Positions 40,651-51,577 of a stretch of DNA of 64,000 bases are shown here, in pieces. Source of the DNA: Candidatus Deferrimicrobiaceae bacterium (GTDB taxonomy: Bacteria; Desulfobacterota; Deferrimicrobia; Deferrimicrobiales; Deferrimicrobiaceae); NCBI GenBank assembly GCA_963792415.1, contig CAWBVY010000004.1, positions 512,001-576,000 on the forward strand, written 5' to 3'. The stretch's first letter is position 1, and every line of letters starts with the position of its first letter. A program made the position numbers and the translations under genes. Under the pieces are notes generated by a model, which did no database searches, was not told the origin of the DNA, and saw only the letters and a program-made list of their open reading frames with translations.

Positions 40651-43060
40651 TCATCTCGCGCCACGATACGTCGATCCCTGGTCCCTGTCAAGGAGCACGC
40701 CGGCGTTGCGGCCGATCCAGTCGAAGAGCGGCAGGTACCGGTTGATGTCCTGCGCGACGTCGCGCGTCCACGGAACCAGGCTGAAGCGGTACGCCGTCTC
40801 CGAGTCGCGCCCGGCGAAGAGGCGGATGGGGATGGTCACGGAGATCCCCTTGTCGTGGTACCCCTGGTTGTACGGATCCGAGAAGACGTCGGTGTCGGTG
40901 GCGCTGTACCAGGCGGACAGGGTGACGCCGCGGATGAATTTCGATACCTCCACCCGCACCCCGGTGTCGCCGGCGAGGAACCGCCCCCACTTGACGTCGA
41001 TCGCCGTGTCGATCTCCGGCACGTTCAGCCGCCCCAGGAGCAGCGCCGTGTGGTAGTTCCCGGTGTCGAGGAACCCGAACGGGTCGTCGGGCGCCCGCTT
41101 CCGGACGAGACTTCCCGACGCCCCCGCGAGGATCCTGCCGTTCCACAACGGAAGCGCGGCCTCGGCGTCGACGCCGCCGAACATCGTCTCCAGCATCCCC
41201 GCCTCCGCGCGGAAGTAGGCCGGCTCCCGCGTCCCGACGATCTGGTCGAAGAGCAGGCGGGAGAGGGATGCCTTCTCTCCCATATACTCCGCCAGGTCGC
41301 TGCGGATGGGGATGGAAAGCGGCGCGTTCGAGGTGGAGATGTTGTTCAGGGGGTACCCCTCGACGCCGAGGAGCGCGGTCCCGCCGCGCCACGGGAACGC
41401 GCTGACCGAGCCGGCCACCCCGACGCGGTACTTGACGGAAGCCGGAAGGGTCGTTGAGGAACACATCGAACGACGGCTCGAGGCTGTAGTCGAACCACCG
41501 GCGGTGCGTTGTGGGGCGGAGCGGCGCGTCGAAGTTCGCCGAGCGGAAACCGGCGGCGGCGCGGATCCGTTCTGTGAGAAGGAAGCCGCTGCCCGCCTCG
41601 GAGAGCACGGAGGCCGTTACGGCGGCCTCGGCCACCGGGATCCCGTTCTCCTTCAGTTGCACCCGGACGTACTCGACGTTCGGCGGGACGAACGGGGCGA
41701 TGGTGGCGAGGAGCACCTCGACGGCGCGGGGCGCGAAGAAGTACCGGTCGTTCTCCGCGTCGACCCGCAAGGTGAACCCGTCGTCCGAAACGGCGATGTC
41801 GCTGAAGCCGACGTCCGCGAGGGCGAAGGCGATCCGGTCCTGGAGCGGCGAGCGGGACGCCTCGACGGTCTCCCGGTACGGTTCGTCGCGGATCGGGACC
41901 ATCGGGCGGCCGATGTCGAAGGCGACCGAGGCGCTGACGCCGAGCTCTTCCCCCCGCTGCCAGCTCGCGTCGATTTCCAGCCATTTCAGCGGTTTCAGGC
42001 GGGCGCCGAAATTGAACGGGGAGCGGACGGCGGTCTGGAAATATTTCGGCTGGGCCGGGTCGTTCGTCTGGCGCTCGTAGCGGATCGGGCTGTACTCCGC
42101 GAGGAGCGAGAGCCACGGCGTCGGGGCGTACTGGATGCCGCCGAACGGGAGGGCCTCGGCCGCCCACTTCGCCGGGTCGGTGAACATCTCGACCTTGAAC
42201 CCTTCCCCCTGCGCGGGGAGTGGCGCGGTGCCGAGGCGGCCGTTGCCGAAGCCGAGCGAGAGGTCGACGTCCAGCGAGGGGATCCGCTTGCTCGCGACGA
42301 TCGACTGGGAGGCGTAGATGCGCGTCCCGTGCGGGTCGGAGATCACGATGGCGACGGCGGGCAAGGTCTTCCCTTCCTTCAGGAGGAGGAACTTCGCGTC
42401 GAACGCCTTGTCCTTGAAGTTGCCGTAGGAGTCGTTGTTGTCGTTGAAGCCGGGCACCCCGATCACCTCGGTGACCCGCCCGTTCACCTCGATCCGGTCG
42501 AACAGGCCGACGGTGCCGTAGTAGTACCGGTACGGGTGGACCTGCGTGGCGCCGAGGCGGTACCGGTTCTCCGGCATCAGCCGCGCCGTGGGGGTTTCGA
42601 AGAGGCCGGTCACGCCGAAGTTGTTCGGACGGGTGAACGGCTCGTAGCCGGCGGAGCCGGGGCGCTTCCTGGGCGGGGCCCCCGGCGTCCGCGCCGGGAT
42701 CCGGAGCACGTCGCCGTCCGCAAGAGGCAGGTCCTCGGGGCTTCCCTTCAGCAGCCGCGGATGGGAGAGCGGGGCGGCCACGGGATTCGCGGATTCCCGC
42801 GTCAGGGTCGCAGCGGCGAGGTCCGCGTTGTCGGTATATCCGCCGGCGGCGACGACCAGGGTGGAGAGCGTCGCATTGCGGGGGAGCGTGTAGCTGCCGG
42901 GGCGCCGGACGGCTCCCTCCACGGCGACTGTGACCGGAGGCGGCCCCCCGATCGCGAGGACGGTCCCCGGAAGAATCGCCGTCCATGCGGCTCCCAGGAG
43001 GACACAGGAGGCGATCCACGCACAACGGCGACGGGGGACGCTTCGGAGGGTGCAGGGCAT
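40651..43060 (-). CDS. YjbH/GfcD-family outer-membrane protein with N-terminal SLBB domain; frameshift near 41440
   Basis: V.VEGAVRRPGSY..AGG SLBB; NFGVTGLFETPTAR, DKAFDAK, LETMFGG, GRFLAGD.G, DKGISVTIP. Confidence 0.85.
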
Positions 43061-43186
43061 CCTCGAAGTATACCCCGGTGTCCGCCGGTTTCGTTTCCGG
43101 ACTTCCCGCACGCTGAAGTTTAAGGTATTCTCAGCCGATTAGCATACTTGGAATCATCAGACACTTGAAATGACGGGGGTTGGGGG

Positions 43187-44536
43187 ATGAACGTCGCGAT
43201 CATCGGAACGGGGTACGTGGGTCTGGTCACCGGGGTGTGCCTCGCCGAGCGGGGCAACACCGTGCACTGCGTCGACACGAACCCGGTGGTGGTCGAGAAA
43301 TTGAACGCGGGACAGGTGACGATCTACGAGCCCGGGCTCGACGACATCTTCCTGCGCAACCTGAAGAAGGGGCGGATCTCGTTCTCGGGGGATCTCGAGA
43401 AGGCGGTCCTCCCCGCCGAGATCATCTTCCTGTGCCTCCCCACGCCCCCCGGGGAGGACGGCTCCGCGGACCTGAAGTACATCCTCCAGGTGGCGGACGA
43501 CCTCGGAAAGATCTTCTCACGCAACCCGGGCGCGGGGTACAAGGTGGTGGTCGACAAATCCACCGTGCCGGTGGGGACGAGCGACAAGGTGCTGGCGGCG
43601 ATCCGCAAGAATGCGGGCCCGGCGTTCGGATTCAGCGTCGTGTCGAACCCGGAGTTCCTGCGCGAGGGGTTCGCGGTCGAGGATTTCCTGCGGCCGGAGC
43701 GCGTGGTGATCGGCTCGACCGAGGAGCGGGCGATCGTGCCCCTCAGGGACCTTTACGAGCCGTTCATGCAGACCGGCAGCAAGGTCATCGTGATGGACGA
43801 AAAGAGCGCCGAGGTGACCAAGTACGCCGCGAACGCCTTCCTCGCCCTCAAGATCTCCTACATGAACGACCTGGCGACCTTCTGCGACGCCGTGGGGGCC
43901 GACATCGACAGGATCCGCGAGGGGATCGGGTCGGACTCGCGCATCGGCCACAAGTTTCTCCACCCGGGACTGGGGTACGGCGGGTCGTGTCTGCCGAAAG
44001 ACGTGAAGGCGCTGCTGAAAAGCGCGTCGGACGCGGGGACCCCGCTCTCGGTCCTGCAGGCGGTCGAGGATATCAACCAGGAGCAGCGGAAGCGTTTCTT
44101 CCGGAGGATGGAGCGGCATTTCGACGGCAAGCTCGAGGGGCTGAGGTTCGCCATCTGGGGAATCGCGTTCAAGCCGAACACGGACGACACGCGGGAGGCG
44201 CCGGTTTTTTATCTGATCGACAGCATGCTGAACGCCAAGGCGTCGGTGGTGGTCTTCGACCCGGAGGCGATGGAGGGCGCGCGGACGCGGTACGGGGACA
44301 GAATCGAGTACGCGGAGTCGTCGTACGGCGCGCTGCAGGGGGCGGACGTCCTGGTGATCGCCACGGAGTGGTTCGAGTTCCGCAAGCCCGATTTCGGGCT
44401 GATGAAGAGCCTGATGCGGCAGCCGGTCATCTTCGACGGCCGCAACATCTACGACCCGCGGAAGATGCGGGAGCGCGGCTTCCTCTACCACTCGATCGGC
44501 CGCAAGGCGTACGAGGGGCACGGAAAGAAGGGGTGA
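43187..44536 (+). CDS. ugd: UDP-glucose 6-dehydrogenase
   Basis: GTGYVG, KSTVPVGT, SNPEFLREG, GYGGSCLPKD, FKPNTDD.RE. Confidence 0.95.
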   Translation: MNVAIIGTGYVGLVTGVCLAERGNTVHCVDTNPVVVEKLNAGQVTIYEPGLDDIFLRNLKKGRISFSGDLEKAVLPAEIIFLCLPTPPGEDGSADLKYILQVADDLGKIFSRNPGAGYKVVVDKSTVPVGTSDKVLAAIRKNAGPAFGFSVVSNPEFLREGFAVEDFLRPERVVIGSTEERAIVPLRDLYEPFMQTGSKVIVMDEKSAEVTKYAANAFLALKISYMNDLATFCDAVGADIDRIREGIGSDSRIGHKFLHPGLGYGGSCLPKDVKALLKSASDAGTPLSVLQAVEDINQEQRKRFFRRMERHFDGKLEGLRFAIWGIAFKPNTDDTREAPVFYLIDSMLNAKASVVVFDPEAMEGARTRYGDRIEYAESSYGALQGADVLVIATEWFEFRKPDFGLMKSLMRQPVIFDGRNIYDPRKMRERGFLYHSIGRKAYEGHGKKG

Positions 44537-44539
44537 GAG

Positions 44540-44995
44540 ATGATCGACGGCGTGATGGTGAAGCAGCTGAAGGTGTTCCCGGACGAACGCGGGCGGCTGA
44601 TGGAGATCCTGCGCGAGGACGACGAGATCTACATGCGGTTCGGACAGGTGTATCTGACCACCGGGTACCCGGGCGTCGTCAAGGCGTGGCACTACCACAA
44701 GGGCCAGTTCGACCACTTCTGCGTGGTCAAGGGGATGATGAAGGTGGTGCTGTACGATTCCCGGGACGGCTCCCCGACGAAGGGGGAGGTGAACGAATTC
44801 TTCCTCGGCGAGCACCGGCCGATCGTCCTGCGGATCCCGCCGCTCGTCTACCACGGGTTCAAGACGATCAGCGGGGAAGAGGCGTTCCTGATCAACGTCT
44901 GCACGCAGACCTACAAGTACGACGCGCCGGACGAGTTCCGCGTCCCGCCGCACGACAACGACATCCCCTACGACTGGGCGAGGAAGGACGGGTGA
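44540..44995 (+). CDS. rmlC: dTDP-4-dehydrorhamnose 3,5-epimerase family protein
   Basis: DERG.LME, KAWHYH, YHGF cupin motifs; adjacent to rmlD and rmlB. Confidence 0.85.
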   Translation: MIDGVMVKQLKVFPDERGRLMEILREDDEIYMRFGQVYLTTGYPGVVKAWHYHKGQFDHFCVVKGMMKVVLYDSRDGSPTKGEVNEFFLGEHRPIVLRIPPLVYHGFKTISGEEAFLINVCTQTYKYDAPDEFRVPPHDNDIPYDWARKDG

Positions 44996-45026
44996 CCGTC
45001 GCGGACCGGGCGCCCGGACCCGCCGC

Positions 45027-45887
45027 GTGAGGCTGCTGATCACCGGAGGGCTCGGCCTGCTCGGGAAGGAGATCGCCCGGGTCTTCGACGGTTCCGCCGG
45101 GATCCGCACGACCGACCGGGACGAGTGGGACGTGACGGACCCCGCGGCGTGCCGGCGGGAGGTCGACGGGTTCCGCCCGGACGTGGTGATCCATTGCGCG
45201 GCCTGGACGGCCGTGGACCGCGCGGAGAGCGAGGCGGAGGCGGCGCGCCTCCTGAACGTCGAGGGGACGCGGAACGTCGCGCGCGCCTGCAGGGAGCGCG
45301 GGGTCCTGATGGTCACGTTCGGCACCGACTACATCTTCGACGGCGCCTCCCCGCGTCCGTATCGGGAAGACGATCCGGCGAACCCCCTCTCCGTGTACGG
45401 AAAGACGAAGTGGGAGGCCGAGCAGGCCCTCCGGGAGGAGGGGGGAGACCACCTGCTGGTCCGCACCCAGTGGCTTTTCGGCCCCGCGGGGAGGAATTTC
45501 ATCGGCACGGTCCTCGAGAAGGCGCGGCGGGGGGAGACGCTTCGCGTCGCGTCGGATCAGGTCGGGTGTCCCACGCTTTCGGGGGACCTGGCCGGCGCCG
45601 TCCGGAAACTGCTGGAGGCGGGCGCGCGCGGGACGGTGCACTTCTCGAGCGAGGGGGAGACGAGCTGGTTCGGGCTCGCCCGGCACGTGCTGGGGCGATG
45701 CGGGTTGCCTGCCGCCCTGCTGTCCCCGGCGCGGACGCGGGACCTGCCGTACCCGGCGCCAAGGCCGGCGTACGGCGTGCTGAGCAAGGAGAGGTATCGC
45801 GCGCTCACCGGATCCTCCCCGAGGCCGTGGGAGGAAGCGGTGGGGGAATACCTTGAAAGGATCGATTCGGAAGGGGGGACGCGCTGA
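45027..45887 (+). CDS. rmlD: dTDP-4-dehydrorhamnose reductase
   Basis: CAAWTAVDRAE, TDYIFDG, YGKTK, DQVGCPT, APRPAY. Confidence 0.93.
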   Translation: MRLLITGGLGLLGKEIARVFDGSAGIRTTDRDEWDVTDPAACRREVDGFRPDVVIHCAAWTAVDRAESEAEAARLLNVEGTRNVARACRERGVLMVTFGTDYIFDGASPRPYREDDPANPLSVYGKTKWEAEQALREEGGDHLLVRTQWLFGPAGRNFIGTVLEKARRGETLRVASDQVGCPTLSGDLAGAVRKLLEAGARGTVHFSSEGETSWFGLARHVLGRCGLPAALLSPARTRDLPYPAPRPAYGVLSKERYRALTGSSPRPWEEAVGEYLERIDSEGGTR

Positions 45888-46906
45888 TGCGGGTTCTCGT
45901 CGCGGGGGGGGCCGGATTCATCGGCTCGAACTTCATCCGGTACATCCTCGGGGCCCACGGCGATTGGTCCGTCGTGAACGTGGACAAGCTGACCTACGCG
46001 GGGAACCTCGCGAATCTGGCGGACATGGTGGGGGAGCCGCGGTACCGCTTCCACCGGGCCGACATCTGCGACGCGGCCGGGATCGCGCGGATCTTCGCGG
46101 AGGAGACGCCGGAGGCGGTCGTGAACTTCGCCGCCGAGACGCACGTGGACCGCAGCATCGACGACCCCGCGCTCTTCCTGCGGACGAACATCCTCGGCAC
46201 CCAGGTGCTGCTCGACGCCGCCCGCAAGGCGAAGGTCGCCCGGTATCTGCAGATCTCGACCGACGAGGTGTACGGCTCGCTGGGGGCGACGGGGCACTTC
46301 TCCGAGGATTCGCCTCTGAAGCCCAACTCCCCCTACGCCGCCAGCAAGACGTCGGCGGACCTGCTGGTGCGGGCCTACGGGAAGACGTTCGGCCTGCCGG
46401 TGCTGGTCACCCGCTGCTCGAACAATTACGGTCCGTACCAGTTTCCCGAGAAGCTGATCCCGTTCTTCGTCACGCTGCTGCACGAGGGGAAGCCGGTGCC
46501 GGTGTACGGCGACGGGATGAACGTGCGCGACTGGATCCACGTGGAGGACCATTCGCGGGCCGTGGAGGCGGTGCTGCAGCGCGGGCGCCCCGGCGAGATC
46601 TACAACGTGGGCGGGGGAAACGAGCGCACGAACATCGAGATCACGAAGCTGCTGATCGCCGCGATGGGGAAGGACGAGCGGGCGATGAAGTTCGTCCCCG
46701 ACCGGCCGGGCCACGACCGCCGGTACGCGATCGACGACGCCAAGATCCGGGCGGAGCTGGGCGTCGTCCCGCAGGTCGCGTTCGAGGAGGGGCTGCGCGC
46801 CACGGTGCGCTGGTACATCGACAACGAACCGTGGTGGCGGGCGGTCCAGTCCGGCGAATACCAGTCGTTCTACGATCGCTGGTACGTCCGCAAGGACCGC
46901 GCCTGA
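45887..46906 (+). CDS. rmlB: dTDP-glucose 4,6-dehydratase
   Basis: GGAGFIGSN, DKLTYAGN, AAETHVDRSI, STDEVYG, NNYGPYQFPEK, DRPGHDRRY. Confidence 0.96.
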   Translation: MRVLVAGGAGFIGSNFIRYILGAHGDWSVVNVDKLTYAGNLANLADMVGEPRYRFHRADICDAAGIARIFAEETPEAVVNFAAETHVDRSIDDPALFLRTNILGTQVLLDAARKAKVARYLQISTDEVYGSLGATGHFSEDSPLKPNSPYAASKTSADLLVRAYGKTFGLPVLVTRCSNNYGPYQFPEKLIPFFVTLLHEGKPVPVYGDGMNVRDWIHVEDHSRAVEAVLQRGRPGEIYNVGGGNERTNIEITKLLIAAMGKDERAMKFVPDRPGHDRRYAIDDAKIRAELGVVPQVAFEEGLRATVRWYIDNEPWWRAVQSGEYQSFYDRWYVRKDRA

Positions 46907-47325
46907 CCCCCTGGTCGCCGCGTGGGCGGCTGTATCTTGCGGCGCTGGCGGGGTGGGTTGCGTTCACCCTCACGCTGACGTCGATCCCGAACCCGGACTT
47001 CGGCCCCTTCTTCCCGGGGGAGGACAAGATCGCCCACTTCGGCTTCTACGGCGTCGCGGGGTTCCTGTTCGTCCTGTGGCGGAGGGAGAACGGCACGGGA
47101 ACGGCGGCGGCGATGGTTTGGGCGGCGATCTTCGCGGCTCTCCTGGGCGCCTTCGACGAGTTTCACCAGCAGTGGATCCCGGGCCGGTCGATGGAGCTCC
47201 TCGACTGGGCGGCCGACTTCGCGGGCGGGACGGCGGGGGGGATCTGCTCGGCGGCCGCGGTTTTGATGTTCCCGTTTCTCCTCACGCCGAACGATCCGCC
47301 CTCTTCCCGCGCCGTCAAGTATTGA
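46903..47325 (+). CDS. VanZ-family membrane protein (start uncertain)
   Basis: DKIAHF..Y, DEFHQQWIPGR, D..AD. Confidence 0.8.
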   Translation: MTPWSPRGRLYLAALAGWVAFTLTLTSIPNPDFGPFFPGEDKIAHFGFYGVAGFLFVLWRRENGTGTAAAMVWAAIFAALLGAFDEFHQQWIPGRSMELLDWAADFAGGTAGGICSAAAVLMFPFLLTPNDPPSSRAVKY

Positions 47326-47406
47326 ACCACCGTTCATTCTTGCTTTTGATTTGCTTTTCCGATATGTTATGGCGTTCGAAGCGTTGAAACCCCTGGGAGG
47401 TGCGAC

Positions 47407-48159
47407 GTGAAGATCCTGGTCCCCATCAAGCCGGTCCCCAACCCCGACGAGAAGGTCAAGATCAAGAGGGACGGAAGCGGGATCGTCCTGGACAACATCA
47501 AGATGGTCGTGAACCCGTTCTGCGAGATCGCGGTCGAGGAGGCGCTCCGGATCCGGGAGAAGCTGACCGGCGAAGTCGTCATCGTGACCGTCGGCCCGAA
47601 GGAGAGCGAGCAGCAGGTGCGCACGGCGCTGGCGATGGGCGCGGACCGGGCGGTGCTGGTCGAGGCGGGGACGGACCTCGACTCCCTGGCGGTGGCGAAG
47701 GTGCTGGCGAAGGTGGTCGCCGACGAACAGGCCGGGATCGTGCTGATGGGGAAGCAGTCGGTCGACGACGACAACAACCAGGTGGGGCAGATCCTCGCCG
47801 CGGTGCTCGGGTGGCCGCAGGCGACCTTCGCGTCGAAGATCGAGTTCGCCGCGGACAATAAGAAAGCGAACGTGACCCGCGAGGTCGACGGCGGGCTGGA
47901 GACGATCGAGGTGACGCTCCCGGCGGTCGTGACCGTGGACCTGCGGCTGAACGAGCCGCGGTACGCGTCGCTCCCCGGCATCATGAAGGCGAAGAAGAAG
48001 GAAATGAAGGTCGTCCCGCTCGCGTCGCTGGGCGTGGACACGGCCCCGAGGGTGAAGGTCCTCTCGTACGCCGCACCGAAGCTGCGCGCGGGAGGCGGCC
48101 GGGTGGCGGATGTCGCGGAGCTGGTGTCCAAGCTGAAAAACGAGGCGAAGGTCCTTTAG
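47407..48159 (+). CDS. etfB: Electron transfer flavoprotein beta subunit
   Basis: NPFCEIAVEEA, ALAMGADRA, GKQSVD, REVDGG, LNEPRYASL. Confidence 0.96.
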   Translation: MKILVPIKPVPNPDEKVKIKRDGSGIVLDNIKMVVNPFCEIAVEEALRIREKLTGEVVIVTVGPKESEQQVRTALAMGADRAVLVEAGTDLDSLAVAKVLAKVVADEQAGIVLMGKQSVDDDNNQVGQILAAVLGWPQATFASKIEFAADNKKANVTREVDGGLETIEVTLPAVVTVDLRLNEPRYASLPGIMKAKKKEMKVVPLASLGVDTAPRVKVLSYAAPKLRAGGGRVADVAELVSKLKNEAKVL

Positions 48160-48169
48160 GAGGATTCCG

Positions 48170-49144
48170 ATGGCGGACATACTGGTTGTCGTCGAGCATC
48201 AGGAAGGGGTCTTCAAGAAGAACACGCTCTCGGTCGTCTCCGCGGCGAAGGCCCTGGCGGGAGTGGCCGGGGGCGAGGTGGACGCGCTCGTTCTGGGCGA
48301 CGGCGTCGCTGCGGTGGCCGACGTGGCGGCCGGCACGGGCGTGCGGAAGGTCCTCCTGGGCGAAGGGGCGGCGTTCGGGAAATACCTCGCGGCGACGACC
48401 GCGGGCGCGGTGGCGCAGGTGGTGAAGGCGGGGGGGTACGGCGCGGTGTTCGCACCGGCCTCCACGTTCGGGAAGGATTTCATGCCTCGGCTGTCCGGGC
48501 TGCTCGACGCCCCCCTGGCGAGCGACATCGTCGGGCTCGAAAAGGATGGGGACGCGCTGCGGGTCAAGCGTCCGATGTACGCGGGGAACGCCATCGGGAC
48601 GGTGGAGCTGGTCGGCGCCCCGCTCCTGTTCACGGTGCGGCAGACGGCGTACGACGCGGCGGCGATTGGGGGACCGAAAGCCCCCGTGGAGAAGGTCGCG
48701 GTCACGGCCGAGGCGGGGGGAACGGCGTTTGTTTCGATGCAGGAGACGAAATCGGAGCGGCCGGAGCTGACCGAGGCGCGGGTGATCGTCTCCGCGGGGC
48801 GGGGCATCAAGTCGCAGGAGAACTTCAAGCTGGTGGAAGATCTCGCGGACCAGCTGAACGCGGCGATCGGCGCGTCGCGCGCGTCGGTGGACGCGGGGTG
48901 GGCTCCCAACGACTGGCAGGTGGGGCAGACCGGCAAGATCGTCGCGCCGGAGCTCTACATCGCGCTCGGGATCAGCGGGGCGATCCAGCACCTGGCGGGG
49001 ATGAAGGACAGCAAGGTGATCGTGGCGATCAACAAGGACGAGGAGGCCCCCATCTTCCAGGTGGCGGATTACGGGCTGGTGGCCGACCTCTTCAAGGCGG
49101 TGCCGGAGCTGATCGCGGAGCTGAAGAAGCTGAAGTCGGCCTGA
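48170..49144 (+). CDS. etfA: Electron transfer flavoprotein alpha subunit
   Basis: [39 protein letters not shown]. Confidence 0.96.
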   Translation: MADILVVVEHQEGVFKKNTLSVVSAAKALAGVAGGEVDALVLGDGVAAVADVAAGTGVRKVLLGEGAAFGKYLAATTAGAVAQVVKAGGYGAVFAPASTFGKDFMPRLSGLLDAPLASDIVGLEKDGDALRVKRPMYAGNAIGTVELVGAPLLFTVRQTAYDAAAIGGPKAPVEKVAVTAEAGGTAFVSMQETKSERPELTEARVIVSAGRGIKSQENFKLVEDLADQLNAAIGASRASVDAGWAPNDWQVGQTGKIVAPELYIALGISGAIQHLAGMKDSKVIVAINKDEEAPIFQVADYGLVADLFKAVPELIAELKKLKSA

Positions 49145-49258
49145 TATTTTTCCGGTCCCGTTCCGATAAGGGTACGAAGGGACGCGCGGCCGGGGACACG
49201 GCGCGCGAATGCGATCGTATTCATGAATTGAAGCATCAAGGGAGGGGTCGCAAGAGAC

Positions 49259-50584
49259 ATGGCAGGCACCCGGAAAGAGAAGGATCTGCTCTCCCGCATC
49301 AAGCGGAAGAACTTCACGGCGGCGATCGTGGGCCTGGGGTATGTCGGGCTTCCGTTGGCGATGGAGTACGCCGACGCGGGGATCTCCGTCGTCGGCATCG
49401 ACATCGACGGCTCCAAGGTTCGCGCGCTGCGGGCCGGGAAGTCGTACGTCGGGGACGTCCCGTCCGAATCGGTGAAAAGGGCGGTCGACGCGAGGCTGTT
49501 CACGGCGACCACCGACTACTCGGCGGTCGGGATGGCGGACACGGTCAACATCTGCGTCCCCACCCCGCTGCGCAAGACGAAGGATCCGGACCTCTCCTAC
49601 ATCGTCGGCGCGATGGAGCACCTGCTGGAGTATCTCCACAAGGACATGCTCATCGTCCTCGAGAGCACCACGTACCCCGGAACGACGCAGGAGGTCCTCG
49701 GCCCGATGGTGGAGGAGAAGGGGTTCAAGGTGGGAAAGGACATCTTCCTCGCCTTCTCGCCCGAGCGGGTCGATCCCGGGAACGCGAAGTTCACGACGAA
49801 AAACATCCCGAAAGTGGTCGGCGGCGTGACCCCCGCGTGCACGAAGGTGGCGGTGGCGCTCTACAGCGGCGTGCTCGAAAACGTCCACCCGGTGTCGACC
49901 GCGGCGGTGGCCGAGATGGTGAAACTGCTCGAGAACACGTTCCGGTCGGTGAACATCGCCCTGGTGAACGAGATCGCGCTCATGGCGAACCGGATGGGGA
50001 TCGACGTGTGGGAGGTGATCGACGCGGCCGCGACGAAGCCGTTCGGCTTCATGCCCTTCTACCCGGGGCCGGGAATCGGCGGGCACTGCATCCCGCTGGA
50101 TCCGTTCTACCTGTCGTGGAAGGCGAAGCAGTTCGGGTTCGAGTCGCGCTTCATCGAGCTGGCGGGGGTGGTGAACGGGCAGATGCCGCACTACACCGTG
50201 GAGAAGGTGGCCGAGGCGCTCAACCGGAGCCGGAAGGCGGTCAACGGGGCGAAGGTGCTGGTGCTGGGCGTGGCGTACAAGAAGGACATCAGCGACGTGC
50301 GCGAGTCGCCGGCGCTCGACATCCTGCAGCTCCTGACGAAAAAGGGAGCGCACCTGTCGTACTGCGACCCGTACGTGCCCGAGGTGCGGGAGGCCGGGAT
50401 GACGCTCGTCGCGTCGCCGTTTTCCTCCGCGACGCTCCGGAAGGCCGACTGCGTGGTGATCGTGACGAACCACGCCGCGTTCGACTATAAAATGGTCGCC
50501 CGCGAGGCGAAGATGATCGTCGACACCCGCAACGCGCTGAAGGGGCGGAACGGCCGGAACGGCCGAAAGATCGTCAAGCTCTGA
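49259..50584 (+). CDS. Nucleotide-sugar dehydrogenase (WbpA/TviB/WecC-like)
   Basis: GLGYVGLPLA, CVPTP, LESTTYPGTT, SPERVDPGN, GGHCIPLDP, D.RESP. Confidence 0.93.
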   Translation: MAGTRKEKDLLSRIKRKNFTAAIVGLGYVGLPLAMEYADAGISVVGIDIDGSKVRALRAGKSYVGDVPSESVKRAVDARLFTATTDYSAVGMADTVNICVPTPLRKTKDPDLSYIVGAMEHLLEYLHKDMLIVLESTTYPGTTQEVLGPMVEEKGFKVGKDIFLAFSPERVDPGNAKFTTKNIPKVVGGVTPACTKVAVALYSGVLENVHPVSTAAVAEMVKLLENTFRSVNIALVNEIALMANRMGIDVWEVIDAAATKPFGFMPFYPGPGIGGHCIPLDPFYLSWKAKQFGFESRFIELAGVVNGQMPHYTVEKVAEALNRSRKAVNGAKVLVLGVAYKKDISDVRESPALDILQLLTKKGAHLSYCDPYVPEVREAGMTLVASPFSSATLRKADCVVIVTNHAAFDYKMVAREAKMIVDTRNALKGRNGRNGRKIVKL

Positions 50585-50604
50585 CGGCTGGAAAGGTGGG
50601 CGGG

Positions 50605-51558
50605 ATGAAGTATCTGGTGACGGGCGGGGCGGGGTTCATCGGGTCGAACCTGACGCGCGAGCTCCTCGCCTCCGGGGAGAGCGTGCGGGTCCTCGACAAC
50701 TTCCTCACCGGAAAACGGGAAAACCTCGCCGGGCTGGCGGAAGCCCACGGCGACGCCTTCGAGCTGTTGGAGGGCGACCTGCGGGACCTCGAAACGGTCC
50801 GCAAGGCGACGGCGGGCATCGGGTTCGTCCTCCACCAGGGTGCGCTCCCTTCGGTTCCGCGCTCCGTGGCCGACCCGATCCTCTCGAACGGGATCAACGT
50901 GGAGGGGACGGTGAACCTGCTCGTCGCCGCGCGCGACGCCGGCGTCCGCCGCGTGGTCTTCGCCGCATCCTCCTCCGCCTACGGCGACACCCCCCAGCTC
51001 CCGAAGCGGGAGTCGATGACCCCCACCCCGAAGTCCCCCTATGCGGCGCAGAAGCTGATGGGGGAATATTACCTGCGCATCTTCCACGAGATCTACGGGC
51101 TCGAGACCGTCTCCCTGCGCTACTTCAACGTGTTCGGCCCGCGGCAGGACCCGCAGTCGACGTACGCCGCCGTCATCCCCCGGTTCATCACCTCGGTGCT
51201 TCGAGGGGTCCCCCCCACGATCTACGGCGACGGCCTCCAGACGCGCGACTTCACCTACATCGACAACGTGATCCAGGCCAATCTCGCGGCCTGCCTCGCC
51301 CCGAAGGCCGCGTGCGGAAAGGTCGTCAACATCGCCTGCGGGGAACGGGTGTCCCTGCTCGACATCCTCGAGATCGTGTATACGCTGGCGGGGAAGCGCG
51401 TGCCGCCGGAATTCGAACCGGGCCGCGCGGGGGACGTGCGCGACTCGCTGGCCGACATCTCCCTCGCCCGGGACCTCATCGGCTTCGACCCGAAGATCCC
51501 CTTCTCCGAGGGGCTCGCGAAAACGTTCGACTGGTTCCGGGAGCGCGCGGGATCCTGA
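50605..51558 (+). CDS. UDP-GlcNAc(A) 4-epimerase (WbpP/TviC-like SDR)
   Basis: TGGAGFIGS, ALPSVPRS, SPYAAQK, RYFNVFGPRQDP, YAAVIP. Confidence 0.92.
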   Translation: MKYLVTGGAGFIGSNLTRELLASGESVRVLDNFLTGKRENLAGLAEAHGDAFELLEGDLRDLETVRKATAGIGFVLHQGALPSVPRSVADPILSNGINVEGTVNLLVAARDAGVRRVVFAASSSAYGDTPQLPKRESMTPTPKSPYAAQKLMGEYYLRIFHEIYGLETVSLRYFNVFGPRQDPQSTYAAVIPRFITSVLRGVPPTIYGDGLQTRDFTYIDNVIQANLAACLAPKAACGKVVNIACGERVSLLDILEIVYTLAGKRVPPEFEPGRAGDVRDSLADISLARDLIGFDPKIPFSEGLAKTFDWFRERAGS

Positions 51559-51577
51559 CGCCGTCCCCGCGAGGGGT

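Noticed and set aside
44540-49144. rmlCDB without rmlA, and etfBA among sugar genes, as a novel pathway
   Set aside because: rmlA may lie elsewhere and etfBA has its own intergenic leader; ordinary gene shuffling suffices
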